Assembly: GCA_001798855.1 (NCBI GenBank)
Contig: MGQQ01000132.1
Location: 4,421 to 68,420, forward strand
Direction of reading: 5' to 3'
DNA from: Deltaproteobacteria bacterium RBG_16_49_23
Lineage (GTDB): Bacteria; Desulfobacterota; BSN033; UBA1163
DNA length: 64,000 nucleotides
Below the pieces are notes generated by a model. The model saw nothing but the letters and a program-made list of their open reading frames with translations, had not been told where the DNA came from and did no database searches. The first letter of the stretch is position 1. Each line of letters begins with the position of its first letter. Shown in pieces: positions 39,502 through 50,838 of this stretch. The position numbers and the translations under genes are program-made.

Positions 39502-41833
39502 AAGAGATTTTCTGTCACTTCCGGATAGGCTTCCCCTTCTACCTGTAAAGGATATCGTCATCTTCCCTTATATGATTCTTCCCCTCTTTGTCAGCCGGGA
39601 AAAATCGATTAAATCCCTCGAGGAGGCCCTTGCCAAAGACCGGCTCATCTTCCTCGTTTCCCAGAAAAACCTTTCCGAAGAGGAGCCTGCTGTTAAAGAT
39701 CTCTACCGGGTGGGAACGGTTGCGCTCGTGATAAAGATGCTCAAACTCCCGGATGGAAAAATCAAGATCCTCATTCAGGGACTCTCCAAAGCCACCATTA
39801 AAGAAACGCTCCAGGTGTCGCCCTACCTGCTTGTAAGAGTTGAGAACATTAAGGATCCCTTCCTTACGGAGATCACCCTCGAGATAGAAGCCCTGATGAG
39901 AAGCGTCAGGGAGCAGCTGGAGAGAATCGCCTCTTACGGGAAATTCATATCTCCGGATCTGATGTTCGTCCTCGAAGGTGTAGATGATCCCGGAAGGCTG
40001 GCAGACCTGGTCGCCTCCAATCTGGAGCTTCCTGTCGAGAAGGCTCAGGAAATCCTGGAGATCCTCGATCCCATCGAGAGGCTCAGAACGGTCAGCGACC
40101 TCCTCGGTAAAGAGGTCCAGGTCCTCTCCATGCAGGCAAAGATTCAATCCCAGGCAAGGGAGGAGATGACGAAAACACAGAGAGAATACTATCTCCGGGA
40201 ACAGATGAGGGCGATCCGCAGCGAACTGGGCGAGGCGGATGAACGCACCAAGGAGTTCAAAGAACTCAAACAGAAGGTCAAAAAGGCCAAAATGCCCGAG
40301 GACGTGGAGAAGGAGACCCGTAAGGAAATGCGGCGGCTTGAGCAGATGCACCCTGATTCTGCCGAAGCCTCTATTGTCCGAACCTATCTCGACTGGTTGA
40401 TCGAGATGCCCTGGTCCAAGTCAACCCCCAATAACCTCGACATCAAAGAGGCGAAGAAGGTTTTGGATGAGGACCATTACAACCTCGAAAAGGTGAAGGA
40501 ACGGATTCTGGAATACCTGAGTGTCCACAAACTGAAGAAGAAGATCAAAGGCCCGATCCTCTGTTTCATCGGCCCTCCCGGAGTGGGGAAGACTTCTCTC
40601 GGGAAATCGATCGCCCGAGCCCTGGGAAGAAAATTCGTCAGGATCTCTCTGGGGGGGATAAGGGACGAAGCCGAGATCCGGGGGCATCGCCGCACCTATG
40701 TGGGCGCCATGCCCGGACGGGTCATCCAGTCAATCAAGCAGGCCGGAAGCAATAACCCTATCTTCATGATGGACGAAGTCGATAAGATCGGTGTGGACTT
40801 CCGGGGGGACCCGGCCTCTGCCCTCCTGGAGGTGCTCGATCCCGAGCAGAACAATGCCTTCAGCGATCACTATCTCAATCTTCCTTTCGACCTCTCCCAG
40901 GTCATGTTCATCACCACGGGGAATGTGACCGATCCCATTCCCTCTGCCCTTAAAGACAGGATGGAAATCATCGATATTCCCGGATATACGGATCTGGAGA
41001 AATTGAAGATCGCCCGGATCTTTCTTCTTCCGAGACAGATGGAGGAGAACGGGATCGGACTAAAACTTTTAGAGATCTCCGACCAGGCCATTCTCCAGAT
41101 CATCTCCCAGCATACCCAGGAGGCAGGGCTCCGGAACCTCGAACGAGAGCTGGCTTCGATCTGCAGAAAGGTGGCCAGAAAAGTGGCGGAGGGGAAGAAG
41201 GAGAAGACGAAAATCACCTCGAGGAATCTCAATCAACTCCTGGGGCCGCCTCAATTCCTGCCCGATGAGGAGCAGGAGCGCAACGAGATTGGTGTGGCAA
41301 CCGGTCTAGCCTGGACAGAGGCCGGAGGCGAGGTCCTCCATGTGGAGGCGTCAACCACTCCTGGCAAAGGCTCTCTTATCCTCACCGGTCATTTAGGGGA
41401 GGTGATGAAGGAGTCAGCGCAGGCCGCCCTCACTTACGCGCGCTCCAGAGGAAAAGCCTATCGAATCAAGGCAAACGATCTGAATGAAAAAGAGATTCAT
41501 ATCCATGTTCCTGCAGGCGCCATTCCCAAGGATGGGCCTTCTGCCGGCATTACGATGGCCGTCTCCCTTATTTCCGCCCTTTCGGGGATTCCTGTCAAAA
41601 AGGAGGTGGCCATGACCGGTGAAATCACACTGCGGGGGAGAGTGCTTCCGGTGGGAGGCCTCAAAGAGAAGGCGCTGGCAGCCCTCCGGGCCAACATTAA
41701 AAGAGTGGTCATTCCTTACCGGAACAAGAAGGACCTCGTCGAACTGCCGTCTTACATCCGTAAAAAAATGGACTTCATCCCGGTTAAACATATGGACGAA
41801 GTCTTAAGGGTCGCACTGGCTAAAAAAAATTAA
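39485..41833 (+). CDS. lon: ATP-dependent Lon protease
   Basis: A 782-aa protein with a Lon N-domain, Walker A (GPPGVGKTS) and the Ser-Lys dyad region (PKDGPSAG). Confidence 0.9.
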   Translation: MKRERERDFLSLPDRLPLLPVKDIVIFPYMILPLFVSREKSIKSLEEALAKDRLIFLVSQKNLSEEEPAVKDLYRVGTVALVIKMLKLPDGKIKILIQGLSKATIKETLQVSPYLLVRVENIKDPFLTEITLEIEALMRSVREQLERIASYGKFISPDLMFVLEGVDDPGRLADLVASNLELPVEKAQEILEILDPIERLRTVSDLLGKEVQVLSMQAKIQSQAREEMTKTQREYYLREQMRAIRSELGEADERTKEFKELKQKVKKAKMPEDVEKETRKEMRRLEQMHPDSAEASIVRTYLDWLIEMPWSKSTPNNLDIKEAKKVLDEDHYNLEKVKERILEYLSVHKLKKKIKGPILCFIGPPGVGKTSLGKSIARALGRKFVRISLGGIRDEAEIRGHRRTYVGAMPGRVIQSIKQAGSNNPIFMMDEVDKIGVDFRGDPASALLEVLDPEQNNAFSDHYLNLPFDLSQVMFITTGNVTDPIPSALKDRMEIIDIPGYTDLEKLKIARIFLLPRQMEENGIGLKLLEISDQAILQIISQHTQEAGLRNLERELASICRKVARKVAEGKKEKTKITSRNLNQLLGPPQFLPDEEQERNEIGVATGLAWTEAGGEVLHVEASTTPGKGSLILTGHLGEVMKESAQAALTYARSRGKAYRIKANDLNEKEIHIHVPAGAIPKDGPSAGITMAVSLISALSGIPVKKEVAMTGEITLRGRVLPVGGLKEKALAALRANIKRVVIPYRNKKDLVELPSYIRKKMDFIPVKHMDEVLRVALAKKN

Positions 41834-41881
41834 GAGTTCGGTAGGGAACGGTTTCAAACCGTTCCGTACAAGAGTTCGGAG

Positions 41882-42889
41882 TTGAAAATAACTGAAAAAA
41901 GACTTCAGGACATTGGTGAATTCGGGCTCATTGCAAAAATCAGAAACTGGATGGATGTCTCCCGTTCCGATCTGATCCGCGGCATTGGTGATGATGCGGC
42001 TGTGGTCGAAAGTGGCAAAAAGGCCCTCCTCATCACAACCGATATCCTCATCGAGGATATCCACTTCGAGCGGTCCTGGACCGATCCCTTCCGTCTGGGG
42101 AAAAAAGCCCTTGCTGTTAATCTCAGTGACATAGCGGCGATGGGCGGAATTCCAAAATATTTCCTCATCTCCATCGGCCTTCCCAAACATCTCTCTTTCT
42201 CATTTATCTCTCTCTTTTATCGCGGCTTAAAAGATGCGGCGAGACGGTTTGGGGTCGATTTGATCGGCGGGGACACCTCCCTTTCCCGGAAAATCATCAT
42301 CAACATCTGTCTGATCGGCGAAGGGAAAAAGGGGAACCTCCTCTTCAGGAACGGAGCAAAGATCGGAGATGATCTCTACGTCTCCGGAACACTGGGAGAT
42401 GCGGCCTTAGGATTAAAGGTTCTCCAGGACAAAAGACTCAGGAAAAAACCAAAGGGATTGGTCGAGAGACACCTCTCTCCCGTTCCCAGGATCGAACTGG
42501 GTCAGGCCCTTGCCGGGAAACGGTTTGCCTCTGCCATGATTGATGTGAGCGACGGTCTCTTAAGTGACACCCTCCACATCATAGAAGAAAGCAAGGTCGG
42601 AGCACGGATCTGGGAAGACCGTATCCCCCTTTCAGGCCCTTATCGGAGATGGGTTAGTACCTATTCAAAGGACCCTTACCGGATCGCCCTGAGCGGGGGG
42701 GAAGACTATGAACTTCTCTTCACCGCTTCGCCTAAAAGAAAGGCAGGGATTCTATCCCTTGCCCGCTCATTAGCTATCCCGATTACCCATGTGGGCGAGA
42801 TCATCCCAGAAAAAGAGAGGCTCCATCTCATCAGGAAAGATGGCAAGGAAATTTCTCCGCGCCGGTTTGGTTTTGATCACTTTAAATAG
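41882..42889 (+). CDS. thiL: thiamine-monophosphate kinase
   Basis: ...IGDDAAVVE...LITTD... with AIR-synthase-related domains. The TTG start is uncertain. Confidence 0.75.
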   Translation: MKITEKRLQDIGEFGLIAKIRNWMDVSRSDLIRGIGDDAAVVESGKKALLITTDILIEDIHFERSWTDPFRLGKKALAVNLSDIAAMGGIPKYFLISIGLPKHLSFSFISLFYRGLKDAARRFGVDLIGGDTSLSRKIIINICLIGEGKKGNLLFRNGAKIGDDLYVSGTLGDAALGLKVLQDKRLRKKPKGLVERHLSPVPRIELGQALAGKRFASAMIDVSDGLLSDTLHIIEESKVGARIWEDRIPLSGPYRRWVSTYSKDPYRIALSGGEDYELLFTASPKRKAGILSLARSLAIPITHVGEIIPEKERLHLIRKDGKEISPRRFGFDHFK

Positions 42890-43096
42890 TATCTCCATCC
42901 TTTTCTAACCATTCCGATTGATCTCCAATAACATAACAGATTGATATAATAAATGTTTTTTAATTTTCCGAAACATCCTTCCCGTCTTGACAAACCCTCC
43001 CCCCGTTATTATCTTAAGAAAGTAAATCGGGGGAATTGTTTTTTTGAGTAGCAATATTAAGAGTCTCTTAACTGAAAAGGCATCATTGTAAAATTT

Positions 43097-43164
43097 CCCC
43101 CCTGCCTTCGCCGGAGCGCCTGCCCTCCGCAAGGCTTCTGGAGGCGGGGCTTCGCGCAGGCAGG
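43097..43164. repeat. 66-68 bp structured repeat, copy A (CCCCTGCCTTCGCCGGAGCGCCTGCCCTCCGCAAGGCTTCTGGAGGCGGGGCTTCGCGCAGGCAGG)
   Basis: It is near-identical (2 mismatches) to 55843-55908. The termini CCTGCC/GGCAGG and internal CCTCC/GGAGG could pair. Confidence 0.7.
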
Positions 43165-43180
43165 TCACCCCTCATTGCCA

Positions 43181-43300
43181 AATCCCGCGAAACGCGGGAC
43201 TCCCTTTGGTCTCCGACCCAGAGCGGTCTCTGACCCGGAGGGCAAAGGGAGGTTGGGAGGGATTTTACAGGACGGTTTCAAACAACTAAATTGATACATC
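43181..43300. repeat. composite REP-like element upstream of hrcA
   Basis: ATCCCGCGAAACGCGGGACT palindrome, then a split palindrome CCCTTTGG...GCAAAGGGAGG, then GGGAGGGATTTTACAGGACGGTTTCAAACAACTAAATTGATA. Confidence 0.6.
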
Positions 43301-43357
43301 ATTTTTAAATAGCATTGAAGGGTTTGAAAAAGGGCGATGTTTCCTCTAACGGTCAGG

Positions 43358-44374
43358 ATGAAAGAGGTTCTCAGGAATGTCATTGAAGACTATATTCTTG
43401 CCGCTGAGCCGGTGAGTTCGAGGGCCATTTCGAGAAAGTCGGACCTCCATCTCAGCCCTGCAACCATTCGGGGGATTATGTCCGATCTGGAAGAGATGGG
43501 GCTTCTTTTACAGCCTCATACCTCAGCGGGCAGAATTCCAACGGAGAAGGGGTTTCGGTTCTATGTCGATTATATCCTCGATATCCACGAGTTGAGCGGT
43601 GAGGAGAAGAATGAGATCCGTTCGAGATATCCTATTCATCAACCCGAGGGAAAAGACCTCTTCCGGGAGGCCTGCCGGGTTCTTTCAGCCTCTTCTCACT
43701 GCCTTGGCATAGTCCGGGCGCCCCGGTTGAGCCTGCTCGTTCTTCAACATATCGAATTTGTGAAACTGAGAAAATATTTGACGCTGGCCATCCTCGTGAG
43801 TACCACGGGGATTGTTCAGAATCGGATCATCGAGATGGAGGAAGATCTTTCCCAATCCGAGCTCGATCATCTGTCCGAGGATCTGAACGGGCTCCTGACG
43901 GGTCTCACCCTCCACCAGGTGAGGGAGAAACTTCTCGAACAGATGAGGATGGAGAAGCATGCCTATGATCGTCTGTTTCAGCAGGCGATCAAACTGGGAG
44001 AACAGGCTCTCTCCTCCTTTGATGAGACCGATATCTTCATCGAGGGGAGAACCAATATTCTCTGTGAGCCTGAGTTCGGGAATATTTCGATTATGACCGA
44101 CCTCTTCCGGGCCTTTGAGGAGAAGGCCACCATGGTCAAACTTCTCGATAAGTGCATAGCGCCGAGAGGGGTGCAGATCTCGATCGGATCGGAGAGCCAG
44201 GTGCAGGAGATGGAGACATGCAGCCTCGTGACTTCGACGTACGGTTGCGAGGGAAGGATCTGGGGCGCCTTAGGTGTCATCGGACCCCGGAGGATGAACT
44301 ACTCCAGGATTATCCCCCTGGTGGACTACTCGGCAACGCTTCTGAGCGAGATTCTGGAAACCTATTATCATTAA
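43358..44374 (+). CDS. hrcA: heat-inducible transcription repressor HrcA
   Basis: MKEVLRNVIEDYI...PVSSRAIS... I recognised no canonical CIRCE upstream. Confidence 0.85.
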   Translation: MKEVLRNVIEDYILAAEPVSSRAISRKSDLHLSPATIRGIMSDLEEMGLLLQPHTSAGRIPTEKGFRFYVDYILDIHELSGEEKNEIRSRYPIHQPEGKDLFREACRVLSASSHCLGIVRAPRLSLLVLQHIEFVKLRKYLTLAILVSTTGIVQNRIIEMEEDLSQSELDHLSEDLNGLLTGLTLHQVREKLLEQMRMEKHAYDRLFQQAIKLGEQALSSFDETDIFIEGRTNILCEPEFGNISIMTDLFRAFEEKATMVKLLDKCIAPRGVQISIGSESQVQEMETCSLVTSTYGCEGRIWGALGVIGPRRMNYSRIIPLVDYSATLLSEILETYYH

Positions 44375-44389
44375 ATCGGAGCGCTTAAC

Positions 44390-45007
44390 ATGAGTGATTC
44401 AGGAAATAAGGAGAGGCCCGTCCCCTCGGAAATAGTTGGGGATAAGTTATCAGAGGATCACCCTGAGACAAAATCCCATAAAAATAAGAAAAAGAAAGAC
44501 GATAAAGACCACGAGGTCGAAGAACTGAAAAAGAGGCTGGAGGAGAAGGAAAAGGAGGCGAAGGAGAACTTTGATCGGCTCTTGAGAACTGCCGCTGACC
44601 TTGAGAATTATAAAAAGAGGGCAGCCCGGGAAAAAGAAGACTGGACTAAATTTTCGAATGAGGACCTGATCAAATCAATCCTGCCTTTTATCGACAATCT
44701 GGAAAGGGCGGTAAACCATGCCGACAAGGTGATGGATGCAGGCGTCCTGATCGAGGGAATTCGACTGACCCTGCAGCAGATCTTCCAGACTCTGAATCGG
44801 TTTGGCCTCACTCCGTTTGAATCGGTGGGGAAGCCTTTTGATCCGGCTCGCCATGAGGCGATGCTGGTTGTGGAAACGGATCAGCATGAACCCAATCAGG
44901 TGGTTGACGAATTTCAAAGGGGATATCTCCTGAACGAGCGGCTCTTAAGGCCTGCAACCGTTTCCGTATCGAAGTCTCCATCGAAGGAGGTTCAGGTCAC
45001 CGAATAA
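44390..45007 (+). CDS. grpE: nucleotide exchange factor GrpE
   Basis: ...[15 protein letters not shown]... is the GrpE signature. Confidence 0.9.
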   Translation: MSDSGNKERPVPSEIVGDKLSEDHPETKSHKNKKKKDDKDHEVEELKKRLEEKEKEAKENFDRLLRTAADLENYKKRAAREKEDWTKFSNEDLIKSILPFIDNLERAVNHADKVMDAGVLIEGIRLTLQQIFQTLNRFGLTPFESVGKPFDPARHEAMLVVETDQHEPNQVVDEFQRGYLLNERLLRPATVSVSKSPSKEVQVTE

Positions 45008-45038
45008 CTTTTCACTATTTGAAGAAGGGAGAAAAACC

Positions 45039-46958
45039 ATGGCTAAGACAATAGGAATCGATTTAGGAACAACCAACTCGGTCGTCGCCATCATGGAAGG
45101 AGGGGACCCGGTCGTCATCGCCAACCCCGAAGGAGGCCGGACGACGCCCTCCGTTGTTGCCTTCACCGATAAAGGCGAAAGGGTGGTCGGCCAGATTGCC
45201 AAGCGTCAGGCGATTACCAATTCCGAGAACACCATCTTCTCCATCAAGCGGCTGATGGGGAGGAAGTATAGCGACCCTGCAGTACAAAAGGATGTCAAAA
45301 TCCTTCCTTATAAGATCGTTGAAAACAAGAACAGCGACGCCTGGGTGAGGGCGAGGGATAAGGATTACAGCCCGCCAGAGATCTCCGCTTTCATCCTTCA
45401 GAAGATGAAGGAAACGGCAGAAGCCTATCTCGGCGAGAAAGTGACCGATGCGGTGATCACGGTCCCGGCCTATTTTAACGACAGCCAGCGTCAGGCGACA
45501 AAGGATGCCGGAAGAATCGCCGGTCTCAATGTCATCCGGATCATCAATGAGCCTACCGCCGCGTCTCTGGCTTACGGTCTTGACAAGAAAAAGGATGAGA
45601 AGGTCGCTGTTTTCGACCTGGGCGGAGGGACCTTCGATATCTCCATCCTTGAGCTGGGGGAAGGTGTCTTTGAAGTCAAATCGACGAACGGAAACACCCA
45701 TCTCGGGGGAGACGACTTTGACCAGCGCCTCATCGACTACCTGGCCGATGAATTCAGGAAGGACCAGGGGATCGACCTCCGGAAGGACCGGATGGCCCTT
45801 CAGAGATTGAAAGAGGCTGCGGAAAAGGCGAAGATCGAACTCTCCAATATGATGGAGACGGATATCAATCTGCCCTTCGTCACGGCGGACGCCTCAGGGC
45901 CAAAACACCTGAACATGAAATTGACCCGGGCTAAACTGGAAAAACTTACTGAAGATCTCATCGACAGTGTCGAAGGTCCCTGCCGGCAGGCCATTGCCGA
46001 TTCCGGGCTTTCACAGAGGGAGATCGATGAAGTGATCCTTGTGGGAGGGATGACCCGTATGCCGAGGGTCCAGGAGAAGGTGAGGCAGATCTTCGGAAAA
46101 GAGCCCAATAAGAGCGTCAACCCGGATGAGGCGGTGGCTATCGGCGCCGCTATTCAGGCTGGAGTCCTCAAGGGTGAGGTGAAGGACGTGCTTCTGCTCG
46201 ATGTCACTCCGCTTTCCCTGGGGATCGAAACGCTCGGTGGCGTCGCCACCAAACTGATTGAGCGAAACTCCACCATTCCGACGAAAAAGAGCCAGATCTT
46301 CTCAACCGCAAGCGATAATCAACCCGCGGTGACCATCCATGTGCTCCAGGGTGAAAGGGAGATGGCCGCCGATAATAAGACCCTCGGCCAGTTTGAACTC
46401 GTAGGCATTCCTTCTGCTCCGAGGGGCATTCCCCAGATCGAGGTGACCTTCGACATCGATGCCAATGGGATTGTCCATGTCTCGGCAAAAGACCTGGGAA
46501 CCGGGAAAGAACAGTCGATCAAGATCACGGCATCGAGCGGTCTCAACGAGGAAGAGATTAAAAAGATGGTCCGGGATGCCGAAGCCCATGCGGCAGACGA
46601 CAAGAAGAGAAGGGAACTCGCAGAGGCTCGAAACCACCTCGATACCCTTATTTACACAACAGAGAAATCCATGAGGGAACATGGTGATAAGATCGATTCT
46701 GCCGACAAACAGAATATCGAGGATGCCATCACAAAGTCGAAAAAGGCGATGGAGTCGAACGATCTCAGCGCCATTAAATCCGCCCAGGAAGAGCTGACCC
46801 GTTCCTCCCATAAACTGGCAGAGGCGATGTATGCCAAGGCCTCTCAAAAAGGAGCGGCAGGCGCAGGCCCCGGGCCGGAAGCTCATGAAGGTCCACGGCC
46901 CAAAGCCCAGGAAGATGTGGTCGATGCTGATTATGAGGACGTGAAGGATAAAAAGTAA
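45039..46958 (+). CDS. dnaK: molecular chaperone DnaK (Hsp70)
   Basis: [17 protein letters not shown] and the full Hsp70 architecture. Confidence 0.95.
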   Translation: MAKTIGIDLGTTNSVVAIMEGGDPVVIANPEGGRTTPSVVAFTDKGERVVGQIAKRQAITNSENTIFSIKRLMGRKYSDPAVQKDVKILPYKIVENKNSDAWVRARDKDYSPPEISAFILQKMKETAEAYLGEKVTDAVITVPAYFNDSQRQATKDAGRIAGLNVIRIINEPTAASLAYGLDKKKDEKVAVFDLGGGTFDISILELGEGVFEVKSTNGNTHLGGDDFDQRLIDYLADEFRKDQGIDLRKDRMALQRLKEAAEKAKIELSNMMETDINLPFVTADASGPKHLNMKLTRAKLEKLTEDLIDSVEGPCRQAIADSGLSQREIDEVILVGGMTRMPRVQEKVRQIFGKEPNKSVNPDEAVAIGAAIQAGVLKGEVKDVLLLDVTPLSLGIETLGGVATKLIERNSTIPTKKSQIFSTASDNQPAVTIHVLQGEREMAADNKTLGQFELVGIPSAPRGIPQIEVTFDIDANGIVHVSAKDLGTGKEQSIKITASSGLNEEEIKKMVRDAEAHAADDKKRRELAEARNHLDTLIYTTEKSMREHGDKIDSADKQNIEDAITKSKKAMESNDLSAIKSAQEELTRSSHKLAEAMYAKASQKGAAGAGPGPEAHEGPRPKAQEDVVDADYEDVKDKK

Positions 46959-46977
46959 TAGAGGGTGACAATTTTCT

Positions 46978-47012
46978 AAAAGGCGAGGCATTCCACCTCG
47001 CCTTTTTTATTT
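46978..47012 (+). terminator. Rho-independent terminator after dnaK
   Basis: GGCGAGGCATTCCACCTCGCC followed by TTTTTTATTT. Confidence 0.75.
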
Positions 47013-47147
47013 GAATGATTGCCAGCATCCAGGAAACGACGAATCCACCAGAATTGATTTTAATAACCATAGGTGTTAGATTCTAACCCATCAAAACAAG
47101 AACTTTTAAATTTGAAATCTGAAATTTAAAATCTGAAATCAAGGAAA

Positions 47148-48065
47148 ATGTTTGGTTTTTTCGATAAATTAAAAAAGGGGCTTTCCAAAACCCACCAGGG
47201 GTTTGTTGAAAAGATCGACCGGCTTTTTCTTGGCAAAAAGACGATTGACCAGGATCTCCTTGATGAACTGGAAGCCCTTCTCTACGAAGCTGATCTGGGA
47301 GTCAGGACTTCTGCCCGGTTGATCGAGGGGGTCCATCAGGGGCTCAAACGAGGAGAACTTAATGACCCTGAAAAGGTGAAAGACTTTATCAAACAGGAGA
47401 TTCTCCGGACCCTTAAATCGGGCGAGACCCCCTTGGCCATAGACTTTTCAAAATCGAAGCCCTTCGTTTTTTTGGTGGTTGGAGTCAACGGTGCCGGAAA
47501 AACCACCACCATCGGAAAAATTTCCCACCAGTATTCTGCCCGGGGGAAAAAAGTCCTGATTGGGGCAGCCGACACCTTCAGGGCGGCGGCGGTCGAGCAA
47601 TTGGAGATCTGGGCAAACCGGGTTGGAGCAGACTTCATCAAACAGTCCAAGGGGTCGGATCCCTCGGCCGTTGCTTTCGATTCAATCCATGCGGCAAGAG
47701 CCAGGAATGCGGATCTGGTCTTCATCGATACGGCCGGAAGGCTCCATACCAAAGTCAATCTGATGGAAGAGTTGAAGAAGGTGAAGCGGATTGTCGGGAG
47801 GGAATGCCCGGGCGCACCCCATGAAATCCTTCTCGTCCTCGATGCTACCACGGGTCAGAATGCCATCTCTCAGGCTAAGCTCTTCAATGAAGCGATCGGT
47901 GTGACCGGAATTGCACTGACGAAACTGGATGGAACGGCCAAAGGTGGGATCATTGTAGGAATTACGGAGGAAATGAAAATTCCGATCCGGTATATCGGGG
48001 TTGGCGAAGCCATCGATGATCTCAAAGAGTTTAACGCCTCCGATTTCGTCCAGGCCTTGTTTTGA
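47148..48065 (+). CDS. ftsY: signal recognition particle receptor FtsY
   Basis: The NG domain with GVNGAGKTTT, DTAGR and TKLDGTAKGG. Confidence 0.9.
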   Translation: MFGFFDKLKKGLSKTHQGFVEKIDRLFLGKKTIDQDLLDELEALLYEADLGVRTSARLIEGVHQGLKRGELNDPEKVKDFIKQEILRTLKSGETPLAIDFSKSKPFVFLVVGVNGAGKTTTIGKISHQYSARGKKVLIGAADTFRAAAVEQLEIWANRVGADFIKQSKGSDPSAVAFDSIHAARARNADLVFIDTAGRLHTKVNLMEELKKVKRIVGRECPGAPHEILLVLDATTGQNAISQAKLFNEAIGVTGIALTKLDGTAKGGIIVGITEEMKIPIRYIGVGEAIDDLKEFNASDFVQALF

Positions 48066-48168
48066 AGAATTTTCCCATTGCTTCCCAATTAAGCTTTCTT
48101 TAACTAACCCGACAAAAGCATTCAAACTTTTCCTTAAATATGGTAATATTGTATTGAGGTCAAATTTG

Positions 48169-48372
48169 ATGACCCCATTAAAGTTCAAATATCCAAAATC
48201 CCTTAAAGACATTCCTCTGTGGCGGCAACGTCAGCTTGAAGAGGACCTTCTCTGGTTCTTGAGATTTTCGCCTGTCGAGAGGCTGGAGTGTATAGATCGA
48301 GAGTGGGAAGAGATTCAAGAATTTATTAAAAAATTTGGCTCTAAAAAGCATGAAACTGGAAAAAGAAATTAA
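48169..48372 (+). CDS. hypothetical small protein (67 aa), possible partner of the downstream NTase
   Basis: ATG 48169 with the RBS GAGGT. It overlaps the next ORF. Confidence 0.35.
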   Translation: MTPLKFKYPKSLKDIPLWRQRQLEEDLLWFLRFSPVERLECIDREWEEIQEFIKKFGSKKHETGKRN

Positions 48373-48847
48373 ATTTCTCGACCTGGTCCGGGTGCTCAAT
48401 CGCCATAAAATCCGCTACCTGGTCATCGGTCGGAGAGCGGTGATTCTCTATGGGGGGCCTGTCCTGACAGCAGACCATGATATTTGGCTCCATCCGGAAG
48501 ATAAGAAGAAGGTTCTATTACTTCTTTCGGAGAAACTCGACTTTGAACTTTCCCATCCTCCTGACACAAAGAGACCCATCGTCACAGGATTCTCCGGGAT
48601 GAAGAAGTATGACCTCTTTTTCCAGCGAAGCGTTAAAAATATTGAGAATGAGACGATTGAATTTGAAGATTGCTATAGCAACTCGGTTCTCAAGAAGGAT
48701 GTAAGAGAAAAAGTCAGTTTTCGAATCCCTTCGATTGATGATCTGATCCGGCTGAAAAAGATAAGGAAGGCAAATGTTAAAGATCAACAGGATATTGAAT
48801 ACCTTCTTGAAGCAAAACTCCTCTCCAGAAAATCAAAAAACAGCTAA
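48350..48847 (+). CDS. minimal nucleotidyltransferase-fold protein
   Basis: A G-x13-DhD-like motif (YLVIGRRAVILYGGPVLTADHDIWL). The start codon (TTG 48335 or ATG 48350) is uncertain. Confidence 0.45.
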   Translation: MKLEKEIKFLDLVRVLNRHKIRYLVIGRRAVILYGGPVLTADHDIWLHPEDKKKVLLLLSEKLDFELSHPPDTKRPIVTGFSGMKKYDLFFQRSVKNIENETIEFEDCYSNSVLKKDVREKVSFRIPSIDDLIRLKKIRKANVKDQQDIEYLLEAKLLSRKSKNS

Positions 48848-48980
48848 TAATGTGATTAGGTTATATAGTGTAGTGCGTCATAAATCCCTTTACTATGAGT
48901 TAAAAAATTTGACATGATTAAGTAAATTGACTATAATGATGTCAAATTTCATTGAAAAATGACGGTATAGATATCAAAGC

Positions 48981-50123
48981 ATGCTTCAAAGAATACTAAA
49001 AGCCCCTCAACAGAGCTTCTTCCTAATGGGACCTCGGGGGTCCGGGAAGAGTACCTGGCTTCGAGCCACTTTTCCCGACGCTTATGTGTTCGACCTGCTT
49101 TCCGAGGAGACTTACCAGAGGCTGCTGGCAATGCCTAATTTTTTCGCAGACGAACTGCGTGCAGTTTCATCCGAAAAATGGGTGATCGTTGACGAGGTGC
49201 AGAGACTCCCCGGCCTCTTGAACGAGGTGCATCGTTTCTCCGAAGAAAAACGCCTCCGGTTTGTCCTTTGCGGATCGAGTGCTCGTAAGCTGAAGCGAGC
49301 GGGCGTCAACCTGCTTGCAGGGCGTGCCTTGCACCGATCCATGCATCCCTTTGTGCCCGAGGAACTTGGCATACAGTTCAGTTTAGAAGAGGCCCTCCGT
49401 TGTGGGTTGCTGCCAATCATCTGGGACTCAACTGCAAAGGAAGACACCCTTGCGGCTTACGCACAACTCTATCTTAAAGAGGAGATTCAGGCAGAGGCAC
49501 TTGTTCGAAACCTGCCTGGATTTGCTCGCTTTCTTCCGTTGGCGGCCCTTTTCCACGGCCAAACTGTCAATGTGGTCAATATCGCCCGGGAAGCTGGCTT
49601 GGCAAGAACGACGGTCGCAGGATACCTGGACATTTTGGTTGAAACACTCCTTTGTTTCCGTCTTCCAGCGTATGAAGCCAAACTCCGTGTGCGGGAACGG
49701 AAACTGCCCAAATGGTACTGGTGCGATCCAGGAATTGTGCGGGCCATGAAGCGCTCGACCGGCAGTATCGCTCCGGAGGAACGGGGCGTTCTGTTTGAGG
49801 GATTGGTGGCTCAGTTGCTCCGGGCCTATAAGGACTATCGTAGCATCTGTGACGAAATCTATTATTGGGCGCCATCAGGCCGGTCCGAAACCGAGGTCGA
49901 TTTCCTGCTCGTTCGCGGAGATGATCTGATAGCGGTTGAGGCGAAATCTGGTCAGACTTTCACGGACACTTGGTGCAAGGGCTTACGTGCCGTGGCACAG
50001 CTAAAAGGATTGTGCCGCCGGATCATCGTCTATCCCCGTGGACCGGTTCTGCGAACGGAGGACGGCATCGATGTCTTTCCTTTTCAACACTTCTCTGATC
50101 AATTGGCTGGCAACAATCTATAG
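48981..50123 (+). CDS. AAA+ ATPase with a DUF4143 C-terminal domain
   Basis: Walker A (GPRGSGKST) and Walker B (VIVDEVQ), with the typical DUF4143 length and pattern. Confidence 0.7.
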   Translation: MLQRILKAPQQSFFLMGPRGSGKSTWLRATFPDAYVFDLLSEETYQRLLAMPNFFADELRAVSSEKWVIVDEVQRLPGLLNEVHRFSEEKRLRFVLCGSSARKLKRAGVNLLAGRALHRSMHPFVPEELGIQFSLEEALRCGLLPIIWDSTAKEDTLAAYAQLYLKEEIQAEALVRNLPGFARFLPLAALFHGQTVNVVNIAREAGLARTTVAGYLDILVETLLCFRLPAYEAKLRVRERKLPKWYWCDPGIVRAMKRSTGSIAPEERGVLFEGLVAQLLRAYKDYRSICDEIYYWAPSGRSETEVDFLLVRGDDLIAVEAKSGQTFTDTWCKGLRAVAQLKGLCRRIIVYPRGPVLRTEDGIDVFPFQHFSDQLAGNNL

Positions 50124-50424
50124 CAGAGGGGGAATGCAGCGCCTTCTATCTTACGCACCTGCCTGAGAGGAGATTTTTGATCCACTCCTCACCCTACAGT
50201 TTTATCAATTTAGATAGCAGGGGGAGTCCTACTCCAATCAAAATGTCTCAGTAAAATTCAAACGATCTCTCTTACCCATCCCTGGATGGTTTTTTTAACA
50301 GTCTTCCAGTCCACATCCCAATACGTTTTCGGCATCCGCTCTTTTTCCGCCTCATCAAAAAAAGAAAGACCATAGAGAAGGTGGGCGGTGTCCCGGACGG
50401 AATATTTTTTCTGGTAAAGCTCGT

Positions 50425-50763
50425 TCAGGACCTTTGAGTGAAACTTTTTGAAATATTTCTCTTCTCCCAAATGTTTCGCCTTTCCATTGAAAGCCAGGCA
50501 TTGACCTGCCGGTGGGGGATTCCAAGAACAAGCTCCCAGAAACGGAGTTGACGTGGATTTAATCCATCCCCCTGGTGTTGCTGAATCCACACCTTTAAGG
50601 ACTCGTCTCCTATATGTGAACGCAGCAAGTTGATTGCATTCCAATCTCCTGATGTAAGGATACGTTTGATGACAATGTCTCGATCCTCTTCCCAGGTTAA
50701 GCCATTAAAATCATAGTCCCAGAAAAAGGGGCGTAATCGATTGGGAAGAGAATGTTTCGTCAT
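50425..50763 (-). CDS. conserved hypothetical protein (FWDYD...NLSxKSxNFW-like family); the 3' region may be frameshifted
   Basis: MTKHSLPNRLRPFFWDYDFNGLTWEEDRDIVIKRILTSGDWNAINLL...LNPRQLRFWELVLGI. The overlapping frame 50258-50644 continues with protein-like sequence after this ORF stops. Confidence 0.4.
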   Translation of the reverse strand: MTKHSLPNRLRPFFWDYDFNGLTWEEDRDIVIKRILTSGDWNAINLLRSHIGDESLKVWIQQHQGDGLNPRQLRFWELVLGIPHRQVNAWLSMERRNIWEKRNISKSFTQRS

Positions 50764-50784
50764 AACCAACCCTCTTTCTTTCCC

Positions 50785-50838
50785 TCTTAACCCCGCCTCG
50801 CCTCCCCTTAAAATAAGGGGAGGTAGGGAGGGGTTATG
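50785..50838. repeat. REP-like unit variant (CCTCCCCTTAAAATAAGGGGAGG with flanking extensions)
   Basis: Same family architecture. Confidence 0.5.

Noticed and set aside
42890-43336. CIRCE operator (TTAGCACTC-N9-GAGTGCTAA) expected upstream of hrcA-grpE-dnaK
   Set aside because: No acceptable match was found. Only REP-like repeats and the 66-bp repeat are present, so regulation may rely on a CIRCE elsewhere (for example at groESL).
50258-50644. 128-aa minus-strand ORF overlapping the 50425-50763 gene
   Set aside because: It overlaps in another frame. Only its 3' portion looks protein-like, so I treat it as a possible frameshifted continuation rather than a separate gene.
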